The position numbers were made by a program, and so were the translations under genes. Positions 32,239-40,747 of a stretch of 64,000 nt of DNA are shown in pieces. Position 1 is the stretch's first letter. Every line of letters starts with the position of its first letter. A model generated the notes under the pieces. That model was given only the letters and a program-made list of their open reading frames with translations. It ran no database searches and was not told the origin of the DNA. Source of the DNA: an uncultured Kofleriaceae bacterium (GTDB lineage Bacteria > Myxococcota_A > Polyangia > GCA-2747355 > CAZCFB01); contig CAZCFB010000012.1 in NCBI GenBank assembly GCA_964497805.1, positions 3,301 through 67,300 of the forward strand, in the 5' to 3' direction.

Positions 32239-35200
32239 CTACCTCAGCGGCAGCCTCAGCTTCAGCTCCAGTCGGCCCTGGTTTGGATCCTCATCCTCGG
32301 TGTCCAGGCGCGTGGAGAGGCGCTGCCACTTGCCCACGAGCATCAGGAGGTCGTGCATCTTCACCTCCAGGGCGCCCATGGCCCGGCTATCCCCGAGCAA
32401 GCCGAGCTCGTACTCTCCGCTCATCAAGATGAATCGCCCGATCTTCTTTCCCGCGCGGATCTGGGCCGACTCGGTGCCAACCTCCAGGCTGATCACGTCG
32501 AGGCGGGTCACCTTCTTCAGCGGATCCTCAATGATGGAGGAGAGGATCTCTCCGGTGAGCTGCTTCACCTGGGCGTCGGCGGCGCCCGCAGCCCACGAGG
32601 CGCTGGACGCCGTCCCACTGTCGCTGCTGCCGGTGAGGTCCTTGCGCAGCTGGTCCGTGGTGCGGCCCAGGAAGAGCAGGGCGGTGATCTGCCCAGGGTC
32701 GAGGTTCGGCACACTGCTCAGCTTGATGGAGGGGTTGCTCAGGGGGCCCTCCACGGTGAGGGCGATGATGTAGTCCACCTGGTTTCGGGCCTCGATGGTG
32801 GCCTCTCCCCGCAGGCCGAGGATGGCCTGGTCGATTGGTTTGCTGCGGGAGAAGCTGATCTGCCCCTGGCTCAGGGTGAACGCCTCCCGCGAGGCGGGCA
32901 GCTTGAACTTGCCCTCCTCGGCGCGGATAAGCCCGCCCAGGCGTGGGTTCTCAAGGGTCCCCACCACCGTGAAGTCGCCGGAGAGGGAGAGGTTGGCGAG
33001 GTTGTTCTTTACCATGATCTGCCCCATGGAGCGCACCTTGAGCTCCAGAGCCAGGCTCTCCAGCAGGGGGTAGCCCTTCCAGAACGGCGGCTCCTCCTCC
33101 AGCACGCGGGGCTTGATTAAGGCCGACTTGAACACGTCGAACTTGCGCGTGTACGACATGTCCACCAGCTCCAGGTCTCCGCCGAGCTGCAGCTGTTGGC
33201 TGTCGCCCAGCAGCTTCACATCCATGTTGAACTCAGCGCTGTACACGTCGGGCTGGCGCAGGGGGATGCCGAGGCCGGCGATGCGGAGGTACACGTCCAC
33301 GGGATCGAAGCGGTCCAGGCGCACCTCTCCCTCCACGCGGATCATGCCCTCGTCGTAGGTGCCTGCCAGGGGCACCTTGGTCTCAACGAGGTAGCTTGAG
33401 AAGATGATCTCGCCGCTGTTCAGGGTGATGGTTCGGCCCCAGCCGCGCGGCGAAACCTCCATGCGCTTCACCTTGAGCTTGCCCGAGAGCATCGGGTCAT
33501 TCACCGGCCCCTGGGCGCGCACGCGGATCCAGGTGGCGCCCACCGAGTGGGAGATGTGCTCGGGGAAGAAGAGCTGAAGCAGCTCCATGTTCACGTCGCC
33601 GGTGAGCAGCAGATCCGCGGTGGTCGGGCGGAAGTGGACCAGGGCCATGGTCCCCGACGCGCTGAGCGTCTCCTGGCCCACCTTGATCTTCAGGCCGTCC
33701 AGCTTGAGCCCGCCGTCGTCCAGCTTGATCTGGCCCACGGGTACCAGGATCCGGCGCTGAAAGCCGGGCATCTGGATGGAGATCTTGCGCAGATCAAGCT
33801 CCCCGGTCAGGTCCAGGGCGGTGAGCGGCCCCTTGACGCGCACGTTGGCCCTGGCCTCGCCCTTGAGGTCTTGCACCCGGCCCGCCAGGAAGAACTCCAG
33901 GATCTCCAGGGCCACCTTGCCGCGGAGCTCCATGTCCGCGCCCGATGGAGAGATCCAGCCGCCCACCCTGAACTTTCCCTGTTTGCTCTTGGTGCCGACA
34001 ACGCGGGTGTCGAGGTTGGCCGTCACAAGGTGGAGCTGGCTGCCGTCCCAGCGGGCGAGGATGTCTTCGGTGTTGGCGAGCTTGACCACGGTGGCTCGTC
34101 GTTCGCCAGGGGCCTGGTGGCGCAGGGAAACCTCCACCTGGGGCAGGCGCGCGTCGGCCCAGGTGAGACCGCCCTTGCTGTCCAGGTCAAGGCGGATGGT
34201 GCCGCTCACCAGCCCCCGCACATCCCCCAGCTCGCGCACCTCATAGATGAGCTTCTCCAGGGGGAGGCTCTTGACCACCAGCCGCAGATGGAGGCGGGCC
34301 CGGGGATCGGTGACCATGTACCCCTCCAGGCGGAGGAGACCCGCCAGGAGGTCGCCCTTGATGCGCACCAGGTCGGCGCCGGCCTTGAGATCGATGGAGC
34401 CGGATCCCATGTCCATGTTGCGCACCTTGGCGTCGTCCAGGCGCACCTTGCCGCTCAGGCGGGGGTTGTCCATGGTCCCGCCCACGTTGACCTGCCCGTG
34501 GACCAGGCCGCCGAGGCCCAGATCCAGGCGCGCCAGCTGGGGCACCCCCGTAATGGGGAAGGACGTGGCCCGCAGTCGCAGATCGAGGCTGGTGTCGTAG
34601 AAGAGGTCTCCCCACGCCTCCAGCTTGCCGCCGCCGCTGCCCTGGCGGATGAACTCGGAGCGGTAGATCACGAGACGATCCTGGAGGATGCCCAGGCGGG
34701 CCCAGGATCCGTCGTACCGTTCCCCCTGGTAGGTCACGCGGGGCATGCGGAAGGTGGCTGTTCCGGTGAGGTTGTCCAGCGGACCGCTCACCTCCGCCTC
34801 GCCGAAGATGCGGCCGATGAGCCCGGCGCGGTTATCCATGGCCGTGAGGTCGAGCCCCACCGCCTTCACCTTCCCGCGCATGAGCGGGGTTTTCAGAGGG
34901 TTGGTCAGGTCGCCCTTGAACAGGGAGATGCTGGTTTCACCGCGGAGGACCCCGCCGTACCCCTCCGAGCGGATGCGGCTCAGGCGGAGGTCCTCGCCGT
35001 CAAAGGTGACATCCGCCACCAGGCGCTTGAGGCGGAACGGGTCGTAGCCCACGCCGCGGGCCTTGAGGGTGCCCCTGGCGCGCAGGGAAGGCACCTTGCC
35101 GGTGACATGGAGATCCGCAGAGGCGCCGCGAGCTAGCGGGAGCAACTTCTTGCGGGTGAGCCACCTGTGGATCGAAGGGGAGGAGACCTTGGTGTACAGG

Positions 35201-36684
35201 TTGACCAGGCGCGATTGGATGTTCACCGAGCCGCGGGCTTCGAGGGTGTGCCCGTCGCCGCGCAGACGCACGCCTGCGAGGTCGAGCACCCGGGTCCCGA
35301 GGTGCATGGTCCCGTCGGCCCGGACCCGGCGAGGGAGCCAGTCGCGATCGCGCCGGGTGAGATCTAGGTCGAGCACGGCCAGGGCGCGCGGGGCAGGGGA
35401 GGTGACCCCCTTGAGCTTGACCTGGCCCCTCAGCCGGCCTGCCAGTGAGTCGTCGAGTACGCCGGGATTCATCCCTTCGAGGTCGAGGGTGCCGCTCCAG
35501 TCGCCGCTCTCCAGCTCCAGACGTCCACCGGCCTTGAAGGCGCCGTCCAGCGCCTTGCCGGTGACCCCCTTGGCGGTGAAGGTGTTCTTGCTTAGGTCGA
35601 GGGCGAGATCGCCCTGCAGCTTCTTGACCTTGCCGGCGGGGCCGAGATCCGCCTCAACGTCGCGCACCCTGCCGCTGATCAGGGGACCTTCCAGGGGGCC
35701 ATCCAGGCGGCCCACCACCTGCACCTGGCCGGTGACGCGCGGGCCGAGCAGGTGCTGCAGCAGGGGTGTCGCCCCCTTACTGCTCATGGCCAGCTCAACG
35801 CCGGTGCCGTCGCGGAAGGTGTTGGTCATGCGGCCCTTGGCCTGGACCGGGGCGCCGGCAGCGGTCAGGGTCGCGTCCACCCACCAGCTCATCGGATCGT
35901 CAGGGGTAACCTGGCAGCGGGTCACCGAAACCCCCTTCACCGGGATGGTCTGCCCGGCGATGGTGAAGGTGCCGGCGCCCGCCGAGGCCTTGGCGTTGTA
36001 CAGCACCCCGGTGACGCTGGTGTCGCCAGCAGGCACCTCGAGCACCCCTCTCACCGCGAGGTCGGACACATCCACCGACCAGCTGGGGAAGGTGAGCTTG
36101 AAGCGGAAACCATCCAGGTCCACCCCGTTGAGTTGGACGACGGTGCCGGAGTCCGAGTCGGGCTCATCATCGGAGGAGGGATCCGCCGAGGAGAAGGCGT
36201 TGAGGAAGCCCACCTCGGTGGGCTGGTCTGGAGGATTCACGGTGCGGACGTTGACGTAGCCGCCCTTGCCCTTGATGTCGTAGAGCAGCACATGACCGCC
36301 GTTGATCAGGGCCATCAGGTCGATGGCTGCCGTGGCGGACGGCACGTAGATCACGCGCTCCCCTGACGGATCGTACACCGCGAAGTGGTCAACCTTCGCC
36401 GGCGCGGGCAGGCCCACGGCCAGGTGGATCAGGGTGTCGGCGCTCCAGCGGATCGAGCCAAACTCCAGGCGGCCGCGCAGGCTGGGGTTGGCCAGTTCCA
36501 TTACCAGCCGCGCGATGTACTCGCCGTTGCGGTAGCGGTGGCCCCAGAGCAGGGTGAGGCTGAAGAGCAGGGCCAGAGTAAGCAGGGCAGCGAAGAGCCG
36601 CAGAGGCCAGCGCACCGGGGCAGGGCGGCCGGGCCGCTTGGGCTCGTCCGGTGGCGGTGTGGGGGCTGGTTCTGTGGTTGCCAT
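32239..36684 (-). CDS. tamB: TamB/AsmA-like translocation and assembly module protein (DUF490 C-terminus)
   Basis: About 1480 aa with an N-terminal anchor RWPLRLFAALLTLALLFSLTLLW, a long repetitive beta-rich body, and a C-terminal TamB-like end. Start moved to ATG 36684, in frame with track ORF start 36792. Confidence 0.7.
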   Translation of the reverse strand: MATTEPAPTPPPDEPKRPGRPAPVRWPLRLFAALLTLALLFSLTLLWGHRYRNGEYIARLVMELANPSLRGRLEFGSIRWSADTLIHLAVGLPAPAKVDHFAVYDPSGERVIYVPSATAAIDLMALINGGHVLLYDIKGKGGYVNVRTVNPPDQPTEVGFLNAFSSADPSSDDEPDSDSGTVVQLNGVDLDGFRFKLTFPSWSVDVSDLAVRGVLEVPAGDTSVTGVLYNAKASAGAGTFTIAGQTIPVKGVSVTRCQVTPDDPMSWWVDATLTAAGAPVQAKGRMTNTFRDGTGVELAMSSKGATPLLQHLLGPRVTGQVQVVGRLDGPLEGPLISGRVRDVEADLGPAGKVKKLQGDLALDLSKNTFTAKGVTGKALDGAFKAGGRLELESGDWSGTLDLEGMNPGVLDDSLAGRLRGQVKLKGVTSPAPRALAVLDLDLTRRDRDWLPRRVRADGTMHLGTRVLDLAGVRLRGDGHTLEARGSVNIQSRLVNLYTKVSSPSIHRWLTRKKLLPLARGASADLHVTGKVPSLRARGTLKARGVGYDPFRLKRLVADVTFDGEDLRLSRIRSEGYGGVLRGETSISLFKGDLTNPLKTPLMRGKVKAVGLDLTAMDNRAGLIGRIFGEAEVSGPLDNLTGTATFRMPRVTYQGERYDGSWARLGILQDRLVIYRSEFIRQGSGGGKLEAWGDLFYDTSLDLRLRATSFPITGVPQLARLDLGLGGLVHGQVNVGGTMDNPRLSGKVRLDDAKVRNMDMGSGSIDLKAGADLVRIKGDLLAGLLRLEGYMVTDPRARLHLRLVVKSLPLEKLIYEVRELGDVRGLVSGTIRLDLDSKGGLTWADARLPQVEVSLRHQAPGERRATVVKLANTEDILARWDGSQLHLVTANLDTRVVGTKSKQGKFRVGGWISPSGADMELRGKVALEILEFFLAGRVQDLKGEARANVRVKGPLTALDLTGELDLRKISIQMPGFQRRILVPVGQIKLDDGGLKLDGLKIKVGQETLSASGTMALVHFRPTTADLLLTGDVNMELLQLFFPEHISHSVGATWIRVRAQGPVNDPMLSGKLKVKRMEVSPRGWGRTITLNSGEIIFSSYLVETKVPLAGTYDEGMIRVEGEVRLDRFDPVDVYLRIAGLGIPLRQPDVYSAEFNMDVKLLGDSQQLQLGGDLELVDMSYTRKFDVFKSALIKPRVLEEEPPFWKGYPLLESLALELKVRSMGQIMVKNNLANLSLSGDFTVVGTLENPRLGGLIRAEEGKFKLPASREAFTLSQGQISFSRSKPIDQAILGLRGEATIEARNQVDYIIALTVEGPLSNPSIKLSSVPNLDPGQITALLFLGRTTDQLRKDLTGSSDSGTASSASWAAGAADAQVKQLTGEILSSIIEDPLKKVTRLDVISLEVGTESAQIRAGKKIGRFILMSGEYELGLLGDSRAMGALEVKMHDLLMLVGKWQRLSTRLDTEDEDPNQGRLELKLRLPLR

Positions 36685-36727
36685 GCTGGCTTGGAGTTTA
36701 ACGTAAGTTGCTGTTTCTGCGAGCACA

Positions 36728-36808
36728 CCCCTGCCGGGGCCCACCCAGTAGTATTGCCTTGGGTTGCTGTATGCGCCCCTGCCGGGGCCCACCCATAGGT
36801 AATACCTT
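36728..36808. repeat. two direct copies (48-bp period) of a hairpin-containing element
   Basis: CCCCTGCCGGGGCCCACCCA is identical at 36728-36747 and 36776-36795. The copies continue with related tails (GTAGTATTGCCTT / TAGGTAATACCTT). Each contains a CCCC-tgcc-GGGG stem-loop. Confidence 0.85.
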
Positions 36809-36829
36809 GAGCAGCCTCATCAGGCTCCC

Positions 36830-36848
36830 CCGGTCCAAATTGGACCGG
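36830..36848. promoter_or_regulatory. 19-bp palindrome (operator-like)
   Basis: CCGGTCCAA-a-TTGGACCGG has perfect 9-bp arms. It lies in the tamB/xerD divergent intergenic region. Confidence 0.6.
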
Positions 36849-37014
36849 ACGCCCGGCCAGCGGCGCCGCCCACCACCCACGCTACCGACCGTCGACCCGG
36901 GTATGGTCCCGGATCACGGGGCGGTTATCGTCAGCGCCGCCCGGACGTTGCCCCCGCGCCATCAGAAATGACCAGTTTTTTGCCCACTTCGGAAACACGG
37001 TGTTAGCTGTGGCC

Positions 37015-37905
37015 ATGGACCTCGACCAGGGAATCGACACCTTTCTGCAGCACATCAAGGTGGAACGGAACCTGGCCGCCAACACGGTGGAGTCCTACGC
37101 AAGGGACCTGGCCAAGTTCCGCCGCTTCTGCGGATCCCAGGGTCTGGAGCAGATCGCCGAGGTCAACGGCCAGCACATGCTGGAGTACCTGATCCACCTC
37201 TCCAAGAAGAAAATGTCGGTGCGAACCCAGGCGCGAAACCTGGTCACCCTGCGAGGAATGTTCCGGCACCTGCGCGCCGAGAAGGTCATCGACGCGGATC
37301 CCACCGCCGCGGTGGAGCTACCCAAGGTGACGCGAAAGCTCCCCGAGGTGCTCACCCTGGATGAGGTGGAGCGGTTCCTTGCCGCGCCGGATCCACGCAA
37401 GATCCTGGGGCTGCGCGACCTGGCAATGCTGGAGCTGCTGTACGCCACCGGCCTGCGCGTCACCGAGCTGTGCCATGTGCGCAACGACGACCTGAACATC
37501 GACCACGGCTACCTCTCCACCATGGGCAAGGGCCGCAAGCAGCGCCTCGTGCCGGTGGGTGAGACCGCCCTGGAGCACCTGGGCCGTTACCTGACCGAGG
37601 CCCGCCCCAAGCTGGATCGCAAGCGTTCGGTCTACCTCTTCCTCACCAACCGCGGTGGCCCCATGAGCCGCCAGGGATTCTGGATGATGGTGGGCAAGTA
37701 CGCGCGCAAGGCCTGTATCGAGAAGTCAATCTACCCCCACATGCTTCGGCACTCCTTCGCGACCCACCTGCTGGAGCGGGGCGCCGACCTCCGCGCTGTC
37801 CAGGCCATGCTGGGCCACGCCGACATCAGCACGACGCAGATCTACACCCATGTGAGCCGCGCCCATGTGGTGGAGATGTACCGCCAGCACCACCCGCGCG
37901 CCTAG
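37015..37905 (+). CDS. xerD: tyrosine recombinase XerD
   Basis: N-terminal IDTFLQHIKVERNLAANTVESYARDL. Catalytic region HMLRHSFATHLLERGADLRAVQAMLGHADISTTQIYTHV. XerD-type C-terminal end QHHPRA. Confidence 0.85.
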   Translation: MDLDQGIDTFLQHIKVERNLAANTVESYARDLAKFRRFCGSQGLEQIAEVNGQHMLEYLIHLSKKKMSVRTQARNLVTLRGMFRHLRAEKVIDADPTAAVELPKVTRKLPEVLTLDEVERFLAAPDPRKILGLRDLAMLELLYATGLRVTELCHVRNDDLNIDHGYLSTMGKGRKQRLVPVGETALEHLGRYLTEARPKLDRKRSVYLFLTNRGGPMSRQGFWMMVGKYARKACIEKSIYPHMLRHSFATHLLERGADLRAVQAMLGHADISTTQIYTHVSRAHVVEMYRQHHPRA

Positions 37906-38019
37906 ACAAAGCCCCTCCGTTCCAGCTGCACGCAATTCAAGGCACTGACACCACTGCCTCATCTTAATTTTTCTGCCCTCGAGCATTCGCTTTGAAGGCT
38001 ACCAGGAATACATGAAACA

Positions 38020-38047
38020 TTGAAGTTCTCGACGGAGATGCTATAAT
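38020..38047 (+). promoter_or_regulatory. sigma70-type promoter with extended -10
   Basis: TTGAAG-N16-TGcTATAAT, 21 nt upstream of the ATG at 38069. Perfect TATAAT hexamers are rare in this GC-rich window. Confidence 0.45.
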
Positions 38048-38068
38048 GTTAGCCTTATTCAAGATGCC

Positions 38069-38767
38069 ATGAACCGCACTTCAAGACAGACCGCCTTCAC
38101 CTTCCGTTCCTGGGGTGGAAGACGAAAGGGAGCAGGCCGCAAGAAGGGCTCCGTGCCCCGGATTGCCCACCGGGCGCGGCCTCCCCTGCCTTCCAGGTTC
38201 CCCGTGCATGTCACCCTCAAGGTGGCCAACGACATCCCAAACCTCAGGCGAGCCAGGGTGTATGCCGTCATTCGGACCAGCCTGGTGCGGGGCAAGGAGA
38301 GGTTCGGATTCCGGGTGGTGCAGTTTTCAGTGCAGGGCAACCATCTCCACCTGATCTGCGAGGCAAAGAGCAAGGAGGCCCTGACCAGAGGGGCCAAGGG
38401 ACTGTGCGTCCGGCTGGCCAGGGGACTCAACAAGCGGCTGGGCCGGTCCGGGCAGGTGTTCCCCGAGCGTTACCACGCGCGGATCCTACGCTCCCCCACT
38501 GAAGTGCACCGTTGTCTGGTTTATGTCCTGCTCAACGCCAGGCGTCATGCGGCCCAGCAAGGGAAAACCCTGTCCTGGGATTACCTGGACCCCTGCTCCT
38601 CGGCGGATTACTTCACGGGATGGCTCGGGTGGGAGATCAGGCCCGCTTCCGGGCGCGCTCCGCCGGTGGTTTCACCTCGTACCTGGCTGCTGAAAGCCGG
38701 TTGGATGCAGGTGGAAGGCCCCATTTCGTCCGAGAAACTGCCCGGTAGAGCTCGCCTTGCGCGCTGA
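38069..38767 (+). CDS. IS200/IS605-superfamily Y1 (HUH) transposase-like protein, RayT type
   Basis: HUH motif in VQGNHLHLICEA. Downstream catalytic-Tyr context HRCLVYVLLNARRH. Single gene with no recognisable IS ends. Confidence 0.7.
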   Translation: MNRTSRQTAFTFRSWGGRRKGAGRKKGSVPRIAHRARPPLPSRFPVHVTLKVANDIPNLRRARVYAVIRTSLVRGKERFGFRVVQFSVQGNHLHLICEAKSKEALTRGAKGLCVRLARGLNKRLGRSGQVFPERYHARILRSPTEVHRCLVYVLLNARRHAAQQGKTLSWDYLDPCSSADYFTGWLGWEIRPASGRAPPVVSPRTWLLKAGWMQVEGPISSEKLPGRARLAR

Positions 38768-38862
38768 CGTCTGATTTTGTGGAAATCTCCCAGTCATGTA
38801 CAAATACCCTTGAGTCCGGTGACCGATCCAGGGAAGGGCAGAACAGGGGAAAGCGAGCGAAT

Positions 38863-40659
38863 ATGATCAGATCATTGAAGAAGATGCTGGCCTGGGGGGC
38901 TTGCGCTGTGCTGCTGGCCCTGGGCGGGTGTGTGGGGGACAACCCCGACTACTGCGAGAACAACGCGCAGTGCCAGGACCCGAACCGTGAGGGGTATGAC
39001 GCGGCCAAGAAGTACTGCCACAAGGACGGCAAGTTCTGCCACGTGGGTTGTACCTCCGACGACCAGTGCAAGATCAAGACGGCGCGTAACGAGGCCTGGT
39101 ACGACCCAAGCCGGCCGTACTGCGACAAGGCATCGTACTCCTGCGTGGCCAAGAAGACCTCGGACGGAGGTGTCGATGCTGGCGCGGATTGTTGCTTCGA
39201 TGTAGGCGTGGACGCGGCGGATTCAGGCGCACCTGACTTGAAGGATATTGGGACGGATGGGGCCATCAACGGCACCAAGTGCAACGTCGATGGCGTGGTG
39301 TGCGCCAGCGGCAAGTGCGTGGATGGGTACTGCTGCAATAGCGACTGCAAGGGCACATGCGAGGCGTGCAACGTTGCGGGAAAGCTGGGCACCTGCAGCG
39401 ACATCCCCGCTGGCACGGACCCCGACGGTGAGTGCAAGGGCGACAAGGAGTGCGGCGGAGACATGTGCTTCGGGTCGGGCAACAAGTGCACCGCGGCCAA
39501 GAACACCGGCACGGTTTGCAAGGAAAGCTGCGACACCAACCTGGAGAAGCTGGAACAGACCGCCTGCGACGCCAGCCATAAATGTGTGACGGTGAAGACG
39601 CCTGTGGACTGCAATGCTTACAAGTGCATCAAGGGCAGCGGCAGCACAAAGGACGCGTGCGCCAAGACCTGCGTGACCCACGACCAGTGCGAGAAAGACG
39701 GCGCCTGCGACCGAAGCCAGGCCCACACCTCTACGGGTGGGGTTTGCCTGGCCTCCACCAAGGTGACCTCGGCGAAAGATGCCACCGCCCTGACCACCGC
39801 CCTGGCCGCTGCGGGAAGCACTGCAAAGTACATTCTCTTGTCCGGAACCACCGCCTACAGCGGCAACTTCACGCTGAAGAGCGGCAAGGCGATGGTGATG
39901 GGGGCGGGGAAGACGAAGCTTGCCGCAAAGGACCTACTGAAACCTGTCGTTCTCGTGGACCCGGGAGCTGAATTGGCGCTTCAAGGCGTGGCGGTGAGCG
40001 GATCCAACAAGGACGGCATCAAGTGCGATGCCACAAGCACCAAACCGGGTGCGATCAAGGTCTTAGAGAGCCAGGTAGAGAAGAATCTGGGCATTGGGAT
40101 CACCACCTCTAACTGCGACGCCGAGCTCCGCCGTAACCGAATCTCCACAAACGGAAAGGGCGGTGTGAAGCTGCAAGAAGGCACCTTCACAATCGTCAAC
40201 AACGTCGTCGATAACAATGGTGCAGACGGCTCCTCAAGTGGCTCAACATTTGGTGGACTCAACATCACTCCTGCCAGCGGCAAGACCTTCGTCTTCTACA
40301 ACAACACCGTCGCAGACAACCTGGCCAAGACAACAGGCGCCTCCGGCATCTACTGCGGCCTCAACACCGGCACCCTTTACAACACAATCGTCTACAGCAA
40401 ATACAACACCACCAAAGCTGCCACCACCACCGGTTGCACCTTCTCCCACTCCAACGTTCAGGGCTCCAAGGGCACCGGCACCAACAAGGATGAAGACCCA
40501 AAGTTCACCTCAACCTTCTCCCTCACGGCCGCAACCTCCAAATGCATCGACGCCGGAACTTCCACCAACATCCCCACCATCATCGACATCCTCAACAACC
40601 CCCGCCCGGACACAACGGGCTTGAAGAAGGTGGACATGGGGGCCTACGAAGTTAAGTAA
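38863..40659 (+). CDS. Cys-rich lipoprotein with right-handed parallel beta-helix and choice-of-anchor-Q-like end
   Basis: Lipobox LALGGC. About 260 aa with more than 40 Cys. Beta-helix turns (ELRRNRISTNGKGGVKL, FTIVNNVVDNNG, VFYNNTVADN, LYNTIVYS). C-terminal NPRPDTTGLKKVDMGAYE. Confidence 0.6.
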   Translation: MIRSLKKMLAWGACAVLLALGGCVGDNPDYCENNAQCQDPNREGYDAAKKYCHKDGKFCHVGCTSDDQCKIKTARNEAWYDPSRPYCDKASYSCVAKKTSDGGVDAGADCCFDVGVDAADSGAPDLKDIGTDGAINGTKCNVDGVVCASGKCVDGYCCNSDCKGTCEACNVAGKLGTCSDIPAGTDPDGECKGDKECGGDMCFGSGNKCTAAKNTGTVCKESCDTNLEKLEQTACDASHKCVTVKTPVDCNAYKCIKGSGSTKDACAKTCVTHDQCEKDGACDRSQAHTSTGGVCLASTKVTSAKDATALTTALAAAGSTAKYILLSGTTAYSGNFTLKSGKAMVMGAGKTKLAAKDLLKPVVLVDPGAELALQGVAVSGSNKDGIKCDATSTKPGAIKVLESQVEKNLGIGITTSNCDAELRRNRISTNGKGGVKLQEGTFTIVNNVVDNNGADGSSSGSTFGGLNITPASGKTFVFYNNTVADNLAKTTGASGIYCGLNTGTLYNTIVYSKYNTTKAATTTGCTFSHSNVQGSKGTGTNKDEDPKFTSTFSLTAATSKCIDAGTSTNIPTIIDILNNPRPDTTGLKKVDMGAYEVK

Positions 40660-40747
40660 CTTGCAGGAAAACTGGCTGTTTTTTTGTGTCCTCGCGAGAT
40701 TCCTGATTATGTAAAGCGGACGCCCAAGTCCCTTTCAGGAGTCTGTT

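Noticed and set aside
33547-36259. Plus-strand ORFs of 529 and 398 aa inside tamB
   Set aside because: They lie antisense to a continuous 4.4-kb gene and their composition is His/Gly/Ala/Arg- or Ser/Pro/Arg-rich. These are GC-driven open frames.
36685-36792. 36-codon extension of tamB
   Set aside because: The extension runs through the direct-repeat elements. ATG 36684 is followed by the expected basic stretch and membrane anchor.
37906-38068. Possible dif site next to xerD
   Set aside because: I found no 28-bp element with XerC and XerD arms flanking a 6-bp core. AATACATGAAACATT is only a vague resemblance.
40660-40747. Possible rho-independent terminator (CAG-gaaaa-CTG followed by TTTTTTT) after the beta-helix lipoprotein gene
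   Set aside because: The stem is only 3 bp. The T-run may simply reflect the AT-rich character of this patch.
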